From Ionaspis alba (Eukaryota), in NCBI GenBank assembly GCA_964255285.1, contig CAXUUL010000040.1:1-48932 (forward strand): a DNA stretch of 48,932 nucleotides, read 5' to 3'. A program made the position numbers and the translations under genes. The notes under the pieces are model-generated. The model had not been told where the DNA came from. It ran no database searches and was given only the letters and a program-made list of their open reading frames with translations. How positions within the stretch are numbered: the first letter of the stretch is position 1; each line of letters starts with the position of its first letter. Positions 12,952-24,569 of this stretch are shown piece by piece.

Positions 12952-13872
12952 CAATTCTAGGCTTGCGAGTTTGTCGAGCTGGGATTGGGCGAGCTAATTA
13001 GGACTTTCAATTCGTGCAAATACTATCTTAATCCCATCAACTATTTGCTATCTATGCAATGGGTGTTGTGCTGTTGATTTGTTTGTTCGATCTGCATTCC
13101 ACTGCCAAGACTTGCCTCTTTGTGGCATTGGAGGATCCGCCTTTCTAGCCTAGCACATGGCTTGTGGTAAATCAACAGGACTTGTGTCATAGATTTAACA
13201 ACTTCGAGCACCCGGACGACGCCCTATATTTAGATGCTCCGGTCGACGTTTAGTGGGTCGTCCACTATATTGCTGTCTTGGTTTGCCAATTTCTTTGCAC
13301 GCCACGTGCTTGGCAAAGTCAACTCTCTCGAACGCATGTGGATCCTTAGTGAATATGCCTAGGAGCTTTAGTACAAAAATATCAAGATATATTGTGTGTT
13401 TGCTGTGTGCATATGAAACTTTTCTGCGTTAGATCGGTTCTGCGGATTCAAGCAGCCTCATAATCCCCTCGTATCTGGTTTTTGTGGTCTGCTGCTAAGG
13501 CCATTTGAAGAACAAGTTGTGGTTCTTTGTTGCTGTGAAGAAGGCATTGGCTGTAAAAGGCTGCTTAGAGACCACTCACATCTGTTTTCCCGCCATGCTT
13601 TGTATTCCACTTCCAGTCTGCAAACGGACCAATTTTCCAGACAAAGCACACTGCTGCAATTTTGTATGTCTTTCACAATTATAGTTCAAATGTGATTGTA
13701 AATTAAGCTCACCCTGGCCGTCTCCAATTCATCTTCCTGATCCTCAGTTCTTACTACGCAGAATCGGTTCTCATCAACCAGTCCAGATAACAGGTGTATA
13801 TCTCTGAAAGGTTTAGCTTGTCCAGGGAATTGTTTTGTCATACGGATTGTCAATCGTTTGCTCACAGGCGCA

Positions 13873-15150
13873 ATGGCAGCGGCCGGAAACATAACCTCCA
13901 AGTCCTTGGTCATCGATGAGCTGCCTACAGAGATACTTTGTTTGATCTTTGAGTTTGTACCCAAATATATCCTGAAGACAGCTCGTTGTGTCAGCAAGCA
14001 CTGGGCAGCCGTGGCAGCCGTACACCTATTCGACACTGTGGTCATATCGCCCCAAGAGAAGAATCTGGAAGTGTTCCGTACTGTCTGCGACCATGAGATC
14101 TTCAGTAAATACGTCCGAATAGTCTGCTACGATGCGACGTGGTTCCATAAGTTGAGGAGTCTGGAGGACTACGAATACATGCTGAAAGAGATGTTTGATC
14201 TGGACAACTTTGTGGTTGATGTAACGCCAGAGGTTCTCGCAGAAGGATTTGAGCTCTATCGGAGACATTGCGAGGACCAGATTCGGATTCTCAATTCCGG
14301 AGCAGATTACGAAGCCTTGGTACACGGATTTGCCAATCTCCCTGGTCTTCAGACCATCATATTCTCACACACTTGGGATACCTATGATGCTGAGAATCCA
14401 CCGCGAGCCCTTGCGGCAATGGGACCTTTATGTCGAGGATGGAACAGATTGCACTTACGACCGGACATTTCTGAACCCAATGAATATATCAAGAACTTAC
14501 CATTGCAGAACATCGTCCATGCTTTGGCTCATACAAGACGCCAGATCAATGCTTTAATGCATCTCATCCATCCCGAACTACTGGTTGGCAGCACATGGCC
14601 TCAACGAAGTCACCAGGTGCTCCCCGAACACCTCCTCTATGTAGCCCGAGGGCTGAAGTCTCTATATCTTTATTTGCCCGACATCGAGCCCGGTACTTCC
14701 GAACAAAGAAGATTCTCAAGATTCCTGAGGTCTGCTGTCAACCTTGAGTCACTCGACATCGCTTGCTACACTTACAAACTCATAGATGACAAGCTCGCTA
14801 AGCATCGTTGGACAAAGTTGAGGTCACTTTCCATCTTCGGGATCGTGACCACGGAAGATGAGCTGCTGGACTTCCTCTTCCGACACAGTGCTACCCTACA
14901 AGTGTTGAACTTCGGGAATATAGACCTGACTGAAGGTAAATGGTTCAAATTTTTCGATCGTGCTCACGCCGGTTTGGAACTTGTAAGAACTTTTGTTCGC
15001 AACGACCTTGGTGAGACAGATAAGCAAGGTACATTAACGTACCCTTGTATTTCGGATGGTGCTTGTAGGAAGGAAGACGAAGCTTTGGGCAGATTCTTGG
15101 TGTATGGGGGGAAAAATCCGTTCCCGCACACGCAACCGAGAGTACCCTAG
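13873..15150 (+). CDS. F-box protein with C-terminal LRR-like repeats (~425 aa, intronless)
   Basis: F-box IDELPTEILCLIFEFVPKYILKTARCVSKHWAAVA; LRR-like LKSLYL, LESLDI, LRSLSI, LQVLNF. First ATG at 13873. Confidence 0.85.
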   Translation: MAAAGNITSKSLVIDELPTEILCLIFEFVPKYILKTARCVSKHWAAVAAVHLFDTVVISPQEKNLEVFRTVCDHEIFSKYVRIVCYDATWFHKLRSLEDYEYMLKEMFDLDNFVVDVTPEVLAEGFELYRRHCEDQIRILNSGADYEALVHGFANLPGLQTIIFSHTWDTYDAENPPRALAAMGPLCRGWNRLHLRPDISEPNEYIKNLPLQNIVHALAHTRRQINALMHLIHPELLVGSTWPQRSHQVLPEHLLYVARGLKSLYLYLPDIEPGTSEQRRFSRFLRSAVNLESLDIACYTYKLIDDKLAKHRWTKLRSLSIFGIVTTEDELLDFLFRHSATLQVLNFGNIDLTEGKWFKFFDRAHAGLELVRTFVRNDLGETDKQGTLTYPCISDGACRKEDEALGRFLVYGGKNPFPHTQPRVP

Positions 15151-15851
15151 GCAAGACAAGCAATCAACGAGTGTTGGTACTATGCGGCGTCTTACCAATG
15201 ACATTCTCCTCCAGGCTGTTCCCTACCAACTGGAGGGCTCCTTCAATTTCTTCGGCTTATCGATGGCCTCTTCGCTGGTCTTGCTTGTCGTTATCTATTC
15301 GATACAGCCGTATCTTTTCTCGAGCACGACATCAAGACAGAAACAGAGGAAGCCATGGTCATGGCCGTGCAGCTCAGAATTGGTCGTGGCAGAAGAGTGT
15401 AGTTGTGTAATAAGTCCCTGTAGTGGCGAGATATTATGTAGACATATCATTTTCAGGGGCACTTACCAGTCAACTGTACGAAGATGATACTCTATTTGGG
15501 TGATGTACGTATGCAACAGACCTCGACGCTACTGCAATGTTCCAATTTAGCCCTGCCCTTAGTTTCACTTCACACATCTCTTGCTTCCCACATCTTCAGC
15601 TCTCCCCCACTCTTAAATGTTCTCGTTGTCTTGGCCTTATCGTGATACTCTCCATGATCTTCAATTCCATGCTTATTTGCTATAAGCAGACAAGGATGAG
15701 CGCTGAATACTAGTGTTGAACTACATCTTACTGTTCTGCCTGAGGTCTATTTGAATAACACGAAGGCTGTTGCAAGTTCTGCTTGTCTCCCTTGTCTATG
15801 TTCTCATAATTGACTGTCTCAAGACGAGTCCGTGTTTCTTTTAAGCGCAAG

Positions 15852-17188
15852 ATGTGCTTGTCCGACGAAAGCATTGCAAGTGTACAAAATCTGTCCTCGA
15901 GATGCTCACGGAAATATTCCTCTACCTTCCCGAGATGTTTCACAAGGTCTGGGCAGAAGTTGCTACTCCTCGACTCTTTGAAGCAGCTGTTTTCCCTCCT
16001 CATCCAACCAGACTCCAATGCTTCGCTGGCATCTTGAAACACCCCTCGCTGGTCAACATGTCAAAGAGATCGTGTATGATGGAGGTCGCTATAGTGACTT
16101 CACTTCTGAGACCGCTCATCCATTGGCATGCTATTTAGGAAATTAACGGTGCTCTGCCCGGTAGACTTTGCATTCTACGAACAATATTTCAATGAGCAAA
16201 ATGCTTTGTTAGAAAAGGGAATAGCATTGAAGCTACTTTGTATGGCAATACGCACGTTCAAAAGCGTGCACACTATGGACCGTTACTGAAACAAGCCACA
16301 GAGCTGAGTCCGAGATGGATGGAGGACATGCCCACTCCTACATATTAGGAACAGCCCTTCCGGACGACGAGTGGCTTGGCGAGAAGCTCAAACCCGAATA
16401 CGAGCCCTATTTCGGACCTCCGGAAACCCAGTACAACCCGTATCTACTAGCGTTTTCCGCTCTGACATATTCTGGACGTCCAATACAAATTCCCAGAAGC
16501 AATTGTGGCAGGGAGCTAAACATATCGGAGTACTACGTTCATGCATTATTGTCCGACGCAATTGAACCAGGCTGTGTATTGGGAAACCTCCGTGTCCTTG
16601 ATCTCGAGTGCTGTTTTGAGCTTCCAGAAGAACAGGGAGAAGCATTCTCCAAGGCGTTACAATCGGCAACCATGCTTGAGGATCTCTCTTTGATGTCTGG
16701 GAAGACAGATGATTCCAAGGTTCCGCTCGATCACATGCTTGGGTCCAGTGCTTGGCGTTATCTTCGTATCCTTTCCCTCGAACGATGCAGAGCCTTTGAA
16801 CGGCCTGTGATCGTGGCACGCCGAGACTCTCAGGCAGATCTATATGGCAGACATCGATTTGACCGACGGACTGTGGGGGACTGTCCTTGAGATCATTAGA
16901 GCCAAAATGCGATTAAACGTATGCGAAATTGGAAATGAGCTCAGCCAACAGGGAATCAATGTATTTCACGGGAGTGATTCCGGTTTGATCTTCACGAAGG
17001 ATCAGTCTGATGATACCCTCGGACACTTCATTCTGCGTGGAGGAACGAATCCACTGATGCGTGGGATACGATCTTCGGAGTTGAGGCCTAGCGGCACGAG
17101 CAAATTGAACGGTACGTGGATATGGAATTCAGATCTAACGAATAAGAGTATGACGGAAAAGACCCCCAATTTTATATCATCAAAATAG
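15852..17188 (+). pseudogene. Frameshifted tandem paralog of the 13873-15150 F-box/LRR gene
   Basis: Pieces in different frames align to the neighbour: EMLTEIFLYLPE..KVWAEVATPRLFE, QHVKEIVYDG, FYEQYFNEQNALL, IDLTDGLWGTVL, TLGHFILRGGTNPL (vs ALGRFLVYGGKNPF); several frameshifts and stops with no rescuing introns. Confidence 0.8.
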
Positions 17189-17463
17189 GAAATGCCGTTT
17201 TGTTGAGGATTTCGTTGTTTCCTATTCGTCTTATGTTATGATTATCAATTGAAACAGATCGTTGAGGAAGCAGATATGTATTCAAATTAGTAGTACATAT
17301 TTGTTATATGTGCCGCAAATTCTGCTCGTGCGGCTCGGGCCGTCCTTATCCTCAACTGCAGGATCACTATCATCCTTCTTTCACAAAAGTCCTTGCTTCT
17401 CAGCTCAGGAGTCCTTCCATGAACATACCTCTACCGCCAACATTGTATTCACACATCATAAGC

Positions 17464-19301
17464 TTATCCCTGGCCAACGCTGACCGCCCGTCGCCTCCTC
17501 TTCAAACTACCCTTGCTCCCTACTCGCCTCACGCCTGTAGTGTCATCTCCATCCATCGGCTTCCTCCGCCTGACAAGCTGATAACCACGATCCAGCTCAA
17601 CTTCAACGGCACACCGCACCCGCAAAGCGCCTACACTCCCCCAGACGCTTCTCTCTCCTCTCAATACCCAGTATTCAACTCCCTCTTTTGTCGGCTGCTC
17701 GAGAAGCTTTAGAAAATCACCTGCGCCAAGCGTCGGAACCAGGGTCAGTCCGGCCCCAGGAACAGTCTCATCGATCAGTAACCGCCTCACGGCAGTAGGC
17801 AGCAGACCCAATGAATCGAGTTGCTGTAGACGATGATGCACCTCGAGCGTCGCGAGCCGCATCACGGGAGCCACCACACCACTCGTCAAGCCAGAGCGAC
17901 CAGGAGATGTATGCTGATCGGTCCGCAGGAAGGGTGCAATGTACGGGCGTGCTTGGGAGACGACGAAGTGATTGACGTTGAAGAGCTCAGCGATCCGAGC
18001 TAGGGGCGAATCTCGGTCTGTGTAAGGAGTTTGGCGAAAGGAGCGGAAAGTGATTTCTTGAGCGGAGGCCCAAGGAACTATGGCACCGGTCTCATCTTTG
18101 CATTTTAGGAGCGTTGGTGTTGAAGCGGTAGTAGCCGGGGCATTGGAGGCAATGGCTGCGGACCAGATGAGCTGTAGCGAATGGTTAGCTGGTAATCTAC
18201 ACACGTATCAAAATCTCGGAGGCGTAGAGAACTTACAACATTGGGAGCTGTAAGGTAGTTGAGAAGGTTTGGCACGCCACCCCGGCCCGAGGTAGCGACT
18301 GTGATATTGAGGACTCTTTTTGTACGGGCGTAGGCTTCTTCGAAAGTGAGGTCGCCGACATTGGCACGAACGCATTCCTCGAGAACATTGACGTCCCAGA
18401 AATAGCCGTCACGTAGATAACGCCTTGTACGTCTTATCAGAGTGTCCAGATACGTAGACTTCGATTGAGACACCAAGCCAGTCTTCTCGCCGGTCCCATT
18501 GGATCTGCCGTTCCTATTGTTGTACCTCGCAAAAGCCGTCAAGTCAATCCCATCCCCGTTCAAGAAATCCAATAGCTCGTCCTCGGTATGAATCCCCACC
18601 AAGGCTGCAATCAAAGCTCCCGTAGCTGTGCCTGTGATGATTCGTGGTAATAGCCCGCGCAAATGTAACGCTTTGACAACTCCCAAATGGCAAAGCCCGA
18701 AGATTGCGCCTCCTTGTAAGACCAGCGTCGACCGTCCAAATGCCTGCCGAGTATCGTGTAGCAGGTCAAGCTTTGCCTGCGATGTCCATCCACTCTCATG
18801 ACTCTGTGTGGCGGGCAGTCCGGTCACGTACTCGATTGCGAGTGCCACTTGCGTAATATAGTCCTCGATCAAAAGCTTCGTACCAGCATAGGCCCTATTG
18901 AATAATCTGGGAGTAGTGATGTTGCCTAGATTACGGACCAGACCCGAACGGAGCAGGCTCACCAGCCCTAAAATATCCTCATCTTCGCGAGCTTCGATGA
19001 TGGCTTGAAGTCGCTCGTGGATTAGCCTATAGTCGTAGTACTTGCTGGCGGCATTTTGGCGCCAGAGATCGGTACCGTCGAGGGCGTCGAGCTCGAAGGC
19101 TAGGGCTTCCCATTCTTCAAAGGTTTGAGCGTCCGCAAGTTGGCTTAGAAGAGTATCGCGCGGGGATTTGCGGGTCAGCCAGCTGTAGGCTTTCTTTGTA
19201 CTTGATTAGTCGGGCGCGAGATTTAGGAGAGGAGATTTGGGACAAACGCTACGCCAGAAGCTGGCTACTTCGGTTGCCACGCCGAAGACGGAGGAGAGCA
19301 T
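17464..19301 (-). CDS. TGL3: Patatin-like triacylglycerol lipase family protein, Tgl3 type; exons 19301-19248, 19193-18237, 18171-17464
   Basis: N-terminal TFEEWEALAFELD..WRQ..SKYYDYRLI, RNLGNI; patatin domain QAFGRSTLVLQGGAIFGLCHLGVVKAL, GTATG, DLTFEEAYARTKRVLNIT, LLNYLTAPNVLIWSA, ELFNVNHFVVSQARP. Confidence 0.9.
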
Positions 19302-19563
19302 ACTGGGTCGCTGATTTGAGATATGAGAGAGTTTCCATTCTTCCAGGAAATATTGGTGAAAAAGGATTGTGCTTTCTAATAGCGTCGATGGGCATTTATA
19401 GGTGAGGTGCGGAGTTCCAAGTCGTTCACATGCAAATTAGGAATGTCAATAACTTAGGTTTCCGAAAATGCCAGCCAGGAATGAGCAAAGATATTAATGC
19501 TCCATCTCTACAGCTACCATTCTTTCCACAAGTTCTAATGTTTGATATCTAATCAAAGAACCC

Positions 19564-21430
19564 TTATGGTTCCAGTCCCTCCTCCATCCAATATATCCAT
19601 CTTGTAGTCCCTCTCGATAGTCCGCCCTTTTCTGGGACAATCACCATGTCTCCTTTGCATTCTTGTTGATCCATCGATGGATAGTTTTCTGTGCCAGAAG
19701 ATCTTCCTGGCTTTCTCTGCATTCCAAACGCCTCCGATTCATCTTTGCTGGCATTGTCGTTCATTTTCAGCTTGTCTCCAGATAATGCGGATGACGAGAT
19801 TCGTTGCGCCTTAACTTCCTGTGGCCTGGAAGATTTAGACTTACAATCAGATTGCTTTTGCTTTTCATTCTGCGTCCAGGGGTTCGCCCAGGTGATGGTC
19901 TTGCTCCCAAATCTTTCACGAGACTTTCGGCTTGGTAGGTGAAATGTGATGTCCGGCGGGCATATTGTGCGAGGAGAAATGGATTCGGAGTCGAAGAGAG
20001 CCTCGGGAGCAGACTGCTGAATAGCCTGGCCACGTTGTGCGGATTCAAACGGTCTTGCCAGGTCAGTGTCTTTCAATGATGAAAGATTCGTTTGAGTAGA
20101 AATAAAGTACTTCTGAAGAACTTTTGGTGACAGTTGCCAGTCGCAGCACTCTATACCGGCCTCTTCAAGAACTGATGGTTGTGTACTAGCACTGCTCCTC
20201 GGCGAAAAGATGGTATCGACTTCTGACTCGATCATCCGTTCCAGCTGACCAAGGTCAAAATGATCAGATATCTCTACTGCCTCGAAATCGAACGGTGCCT
20301 CATCCAAGAAGAGTTCTGTCAGGTTTTGTTCTCCAATATCCAAGCAGTCCAGATCGATCATCTCGACTACCACTTCGTCCTCTTCAAGCCTTTGCCGCCA
20401 CGTTTTAAATAGTTTGTCCCAGGTCCATAGACCCTGTTCACATGGGTCGAATGCTTCTTGAAAGTCGACGATAAAGGTTGCTATGCATAGCCAGACACAT
20501 ATCTGGAATCCTTTCTCTGGCGCCCAGGTCGATTGGGATTCGTCTACATGGCATCTGCCCTCGAAGATGTTACAAAAGTCCTGAAATCTGATACGCATGA
20601 CCTCCGTGCCCGCCTTGAGAGCCGGACAGACCGCATCTAATGATTTGGGTAGCGACTCTACCCTTAGCAGGAGAAATTCCCTCCTGACGCAATCATAGGC
20701 TAGCATGAGAGCCTCTCTGTCCAGAGGCCCCGAACCGGCACACATACGCGGAAGATCTTTGAACAGGATCAACGCCTGTGTGAGCTGGATCTCCGCTTGG
20801 ATGTAGCCTTCCGTGGTTCTCTGATCGATCTCGCAGGCTCTGCCGTTCAGGATAAGGATATTAGACCGGGTTCTTTCGCGTGCAGAGATTTCGACTTCGG
20901 ACCAAGAAAGATAGGAACCCCAGTCGATGGATCCAGAGGGAGAGACGATCTGAGGTTTCTCAAGATGTTGAAGCACGGATGGAACGGACTCGATATCTTC
21001 CTCGTCGAATATGGACGGCTCTGAGCACGCCGTCTCCAAGGCCCAAGAAGGAATCTGGGATTCGTTAATAACGAGAGACAACGGTCACACAAGGTCGTCC
21101 ACGCAGGTGTCGGCTGTCGAGCCTGTATATACTCTTCGAGCAAAACAAGCTTACCTCGTTATGAAGGCACTCCTTTTTGAGCCACCCTGTCGGTAATGAC
21201 CTTCTGCGTTGATAGCTCAATGCCATAGCGTGACGAGGGCTGCCGGGATTAGAAAAGCATCGGGGCAAGGTCAAGGAGGTTTCCATCGCGAGTGGAGATT
21301 TATACGAACAAGATTCAAGGTTAGAATCTGGCTTGTCTTCATATGTATATTTAGAGTAGATATCGTCCAGATCCGCCAACTGAGATTGTGTTGAAAATTG
21401 TGACATGACCGACGAAAGGACTCGGTACAT
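19564..21430 (-). CDS. Hypothetical protein (~580-590 aa; exons 21430 or 21406-21155, 21054-19564)
   Basis: 1.5-kb open frame preceded by TTAAC branch and CAG acceptor (21055-21057), and an upstream exon ending in a GTAAGC donor at 21154; phase-0 join. No domain recognised; start codon ambiguous. Confidence 0.65.
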
Positions 21431-21986
21431 ATGCTGTAGAGTGAATGAGTTTTCTTGAAAACAGAAACCTCGTGGGGTGAAGAGTGAATATCAGAAAGAT
21501 ATGAATTCAATGGATACAAGACGAAATATGAAGTTACAGAGATGTGTTGAAGAACATGAATGCCTCGAAGACGAACGGGGAAGAGAGATCTCAAATAACT
21601 CAATCTACAGTCAACTATTCTCCTCCAAAAGCTCAAATCAGAATTCGAGCCATGGTCAAAATCAAAATCGTAAGCCAAGAAGAAGCAATCAGCCAACAGG
21701 TGAAGCAGAACACCTCACGAGCGTTATTCTTTGGGTGGAGCTTTCCCAAATCTTTCGAAGCATAGTAAATCATAGTCAATTACGTTCCTCTAGAAGCTCG
21801 AAATGAAAAGCGACCCATGGTGAAGTTCCATATCGAAGCCAAGAGAGAAAGTCGACGCAGAAGGCTTGCCGAACACCGCACCCGAAAGGAAGATATATCA
21901 CAAGCGATCATGATTGGCATCAAACTTCCCCGGATTTCTTGCTATTAGAAGTATAAGGTGAGTACCTATCTCCGAAGCATTCAACT

Positions 21987-24317
21987 CTAAGTCCACAATC
22001 GACAGGTTCCGTCCGCTCCCGCACTCACGCACCACGGTTCACGAGGATGCCAGTCCAAATCTAAAACGCCTAGCTCCTTTTTGACTTGATGACCACGAAG
22101 AACCTTCAAAGGTACAATCGTAGCATTCTCCATCAAATCGCCCACGACTTTACCGTGAAAGATTTGGAGAGTGCCGTCATCACTAGCGTCAGCAAAGAGG
22201 GGGAGGCCACCTTGGTGAAATTTCACCGCTCTGATGGCTTTCTTGTGATATCGTAGCGTCTTGTATGGCCTGACAGAGAGGTCAAGGTCATGCCACAGTA
22301 GTCTCTTGTCGTAGGACCCAACAATTAAATTATCGCCGCCTGGGTGTATGTCGAAGGAGGATATCCAGCGGGCTCCTGGCTGGATGATTTTCAGCAATTC
22401 CTGTTTCGAGAGGTCATAGCTGCGAATCATGCGTTGTGTGGCAACAAAAAAGATTGGCTTCGATGGATGGAACTGAGCTGTTTGGGCCAAACCTTTGAGC
22501 CTTCGAAATGGTAGTTGTGTTAGGTGCTTTGAGAGCGTGTGGATGGCGACCGCACTAGTTTGACCTTGAGGCGATACTGTCGCAAAGTACTCCCCTCGGC
22601 GGTGCCAGGATATGACTTTAATAGTGTGGCGAAGTTTCGCTTTGACCAACACCCCTTCGTCCTCCAATCTACCTCCGGGACGACTCCATTGAGCGGCGGG
22701 CTCTTTCTTTGCTGTTCCATTAGTTGCACCATTTGTCGCGTAGCCCCATCCTGCGTCTACAATCTCACGACTTGCTGTCTCGATCTCCGGATCTGTTATT
22801 GGTGGTACGACTAGGAAGAGTTCATCCCCAGATGCAGCAGACAGAACCATTGCATCTGTGCCAGGTCGCCATCGCACCACATTAACGGCTTCTTCATTCC
22901 GAAACCTCACCTTCCACACCTGACGCCCTGTTAGTAATTCCCATATCCGCATGGTACCGTCATCTCCTCCACTTGCCAGCCAGAACCCCGAGGGATCAAT
23001 CGCGAGGCTGCGAATCCTACCCTCATGTCCGCGGAATACGGTTGCACATGTAGAAGGGAATGGTCTCAACTCGTCTGGGCTTGGTAGTTTGGGAAGAAGT
23101 GATTCAGGATCAACGTTAAGCTTGTTGCGACGTACTCGGGGAGCAAGGTATAGGTCAAGACATCTCTCAAACTTCTCTTTCAAAAATGTAGCATATCCAG
23201 GTACCTTTCGTAAAGAGTCATGATCAGTTGGTAAATACTCCTTTTCTCTATCCTCATCATCTGCTTCTTCCCATGCCTTCTTCTCGTTCAGATCAGGAAG
23301 ATATTCTGGCGGGGGGTGATAACTCTCATCATAACCTGGTGGGGGTAACTTTGGAGCAGCAATATTCATGGGATGATCTGGTCTGGGAGCTTCGTTTGCC
23401 CAGATGTCATATCGCTTGATCCCCTGGTCTTCTTCTTCTTCTTCCTCAGCCGGTGGCTTGTATGGTAGTATCCGCCCTTCCCGAATAGCTCGAACAATCT
23501 TCATGACTCGCTTCGCTTCATGCTTTGAAGGAACGAATCTCCGTTTAGGCTCCGGTGCAGCGCTCAATGGCATGACCTCGGTCTTGCTCGTGAAGTATTC
23601 AATCGTAGCAGGATACGGGTCATAACCTTCTTCCGGGACCTCATTCATGTGTATCCTTCTGAGAACTTCCAGCTCTTCTTGGCTGAGTTCCAGCGGCTTT
23701 CCCGTAGCAGGATCTGTAAGGCCGGTCCATCCTTTTGGCACGTCTATACTATCGAGTAAAGCATCTAAGGCTTCGCCTTTTGCGGGTCGAGAGATCTTCT
23801 TGCCATTTATATCATAGCCAATATGAGGGTAGGAGTCGTAGAATGACAGAGGGATGTTTCCAATAGTATTCGTGGTAGCAGGCGCATCCGAATCGTCAGA
23901 GTCGTACACTGGGTCGATAGATTTATACACATATCGAGGATTGCCATTGGCGTCGTCTTCGATGACATGGTTTGGTTCGTCGCGATCACTATCGCCGTCT
24001 GGCTGTGTGTAGCCTCTGGTGTGGCTGGAGCCGTGGACTAGGCTCGAAGGTCGTTGAGCATTCCCTTTCTCTGACAGCCGTTCGTCACTCTCATAATCAG
24101 TCTCAGCAGAGCTCCACCGAGCTTCACCATCACTATCCAGGTCTCCGTTCAGCTCAGAATCATCACCCTCTTCTTCTTCGTCGTCGTCCTGCGACAGTAT
24201 ACCATTGAGTACACCCTCGCGAAGCCCGTTCTTACCATCACTCAAGATAACCTGGTCAGCTTCTGGCGAGTCTCGAGTTACCGCTTTGCGCTTCCTGGCA
24301 GAGGAGTTGGGAGCCAT
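21987..24317 (-). CDS. ERB1: Ribosome biogenesis protein Erb1/BOP1 (776 aa, intronless)
   Basis: BOP1NT domain ([67 protein letters not shown]) followed by WD40 repeats; first ATG at 24317. Confidence 0.97.
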   Translation of the reverse strand: MAPNSSARKRKAVTRDSPEADQVILSDGKNGLREGVLNGILSQDDDEEEEGDDSELNGDLDSDGEARWSSAETDYESDERLSEKGNAQRPSSLVHGSSHTRGYTQPDGDSDRDEPNHVIEDDANGNPRYVYKSIDPVYDSDDSDAPATTNTIGNIPLSFYDSYPHIGYDINGKKISRPAKGEALDALLDSIDVPKGWTGLTDPATGKPLELSQEELEVLRRIHMNEVPEEGYDPYPATIEYFTSKTEVMPLSAAPEPKRRFVPSKHEAKRVMKIVRAIREGRILPYKPPAEEEEEEDQGIKRYDIWANEAPRPDHPMNIAAPKLPPPGYDESYHPPPEYLPDLNEKKAWEEADDEDREKEYLPTDHDSLRKVPGYATFLKEKFERCLDLYLAPRVRRNKLNVDPESLLPKLPSPDELRPFPSTCATVFRGHEGRIRSLAIDPSGFWLASGGDDGTMRIWELLTGRQVWKVRFRNEEAVNVVRWRPGTDAMVLSAASGDELFLVVPPITDPEIETASREIVDAGWGYATNGATNGTAKKEPAAQWSRPGGRLEDEGVLVKAKLRHTIKVISWHRRGEYFATVSPQGQTSAVAIHTLSKHLTQLPFRRLKGLAQTAQFHPSKPIFFVATQRMIRSYDLSKQELLKIIQPGARWISSFDIHPGGDNLIVGSYDKRLLWHDLDLSVRPYKTLRYHKKAIRAVKFHQGGLPLFADASDDGTLQIFHGKVVGDLMENATIVPLKVLRGHQVKKELGVLDLDWHPREPWCVSAGADGTCRLWT

Positions 24318-24569
24318 TGCCACAATCGCAAGCTCGTACTGTTTATTGTGTGGGCAGCCGATTTTTTTTAAAGCAGTTAATTTTACCCGTGATGTGGCCC
24401 GTGCGTAGAAGGCATCTGTCCCTCTCGAGGAAACCCTTAGCGGCAGCTCAGGTTCCTTTCCGGGTCAATTTCAGGCTTATAGCCACGATAATACGCAAAG
24501 AAACCCTCGTAGGAATAAAATTGAAGGCTGACTAGTGCGCTCTTCAAGGTAGTTGATACTTTCTGATAT

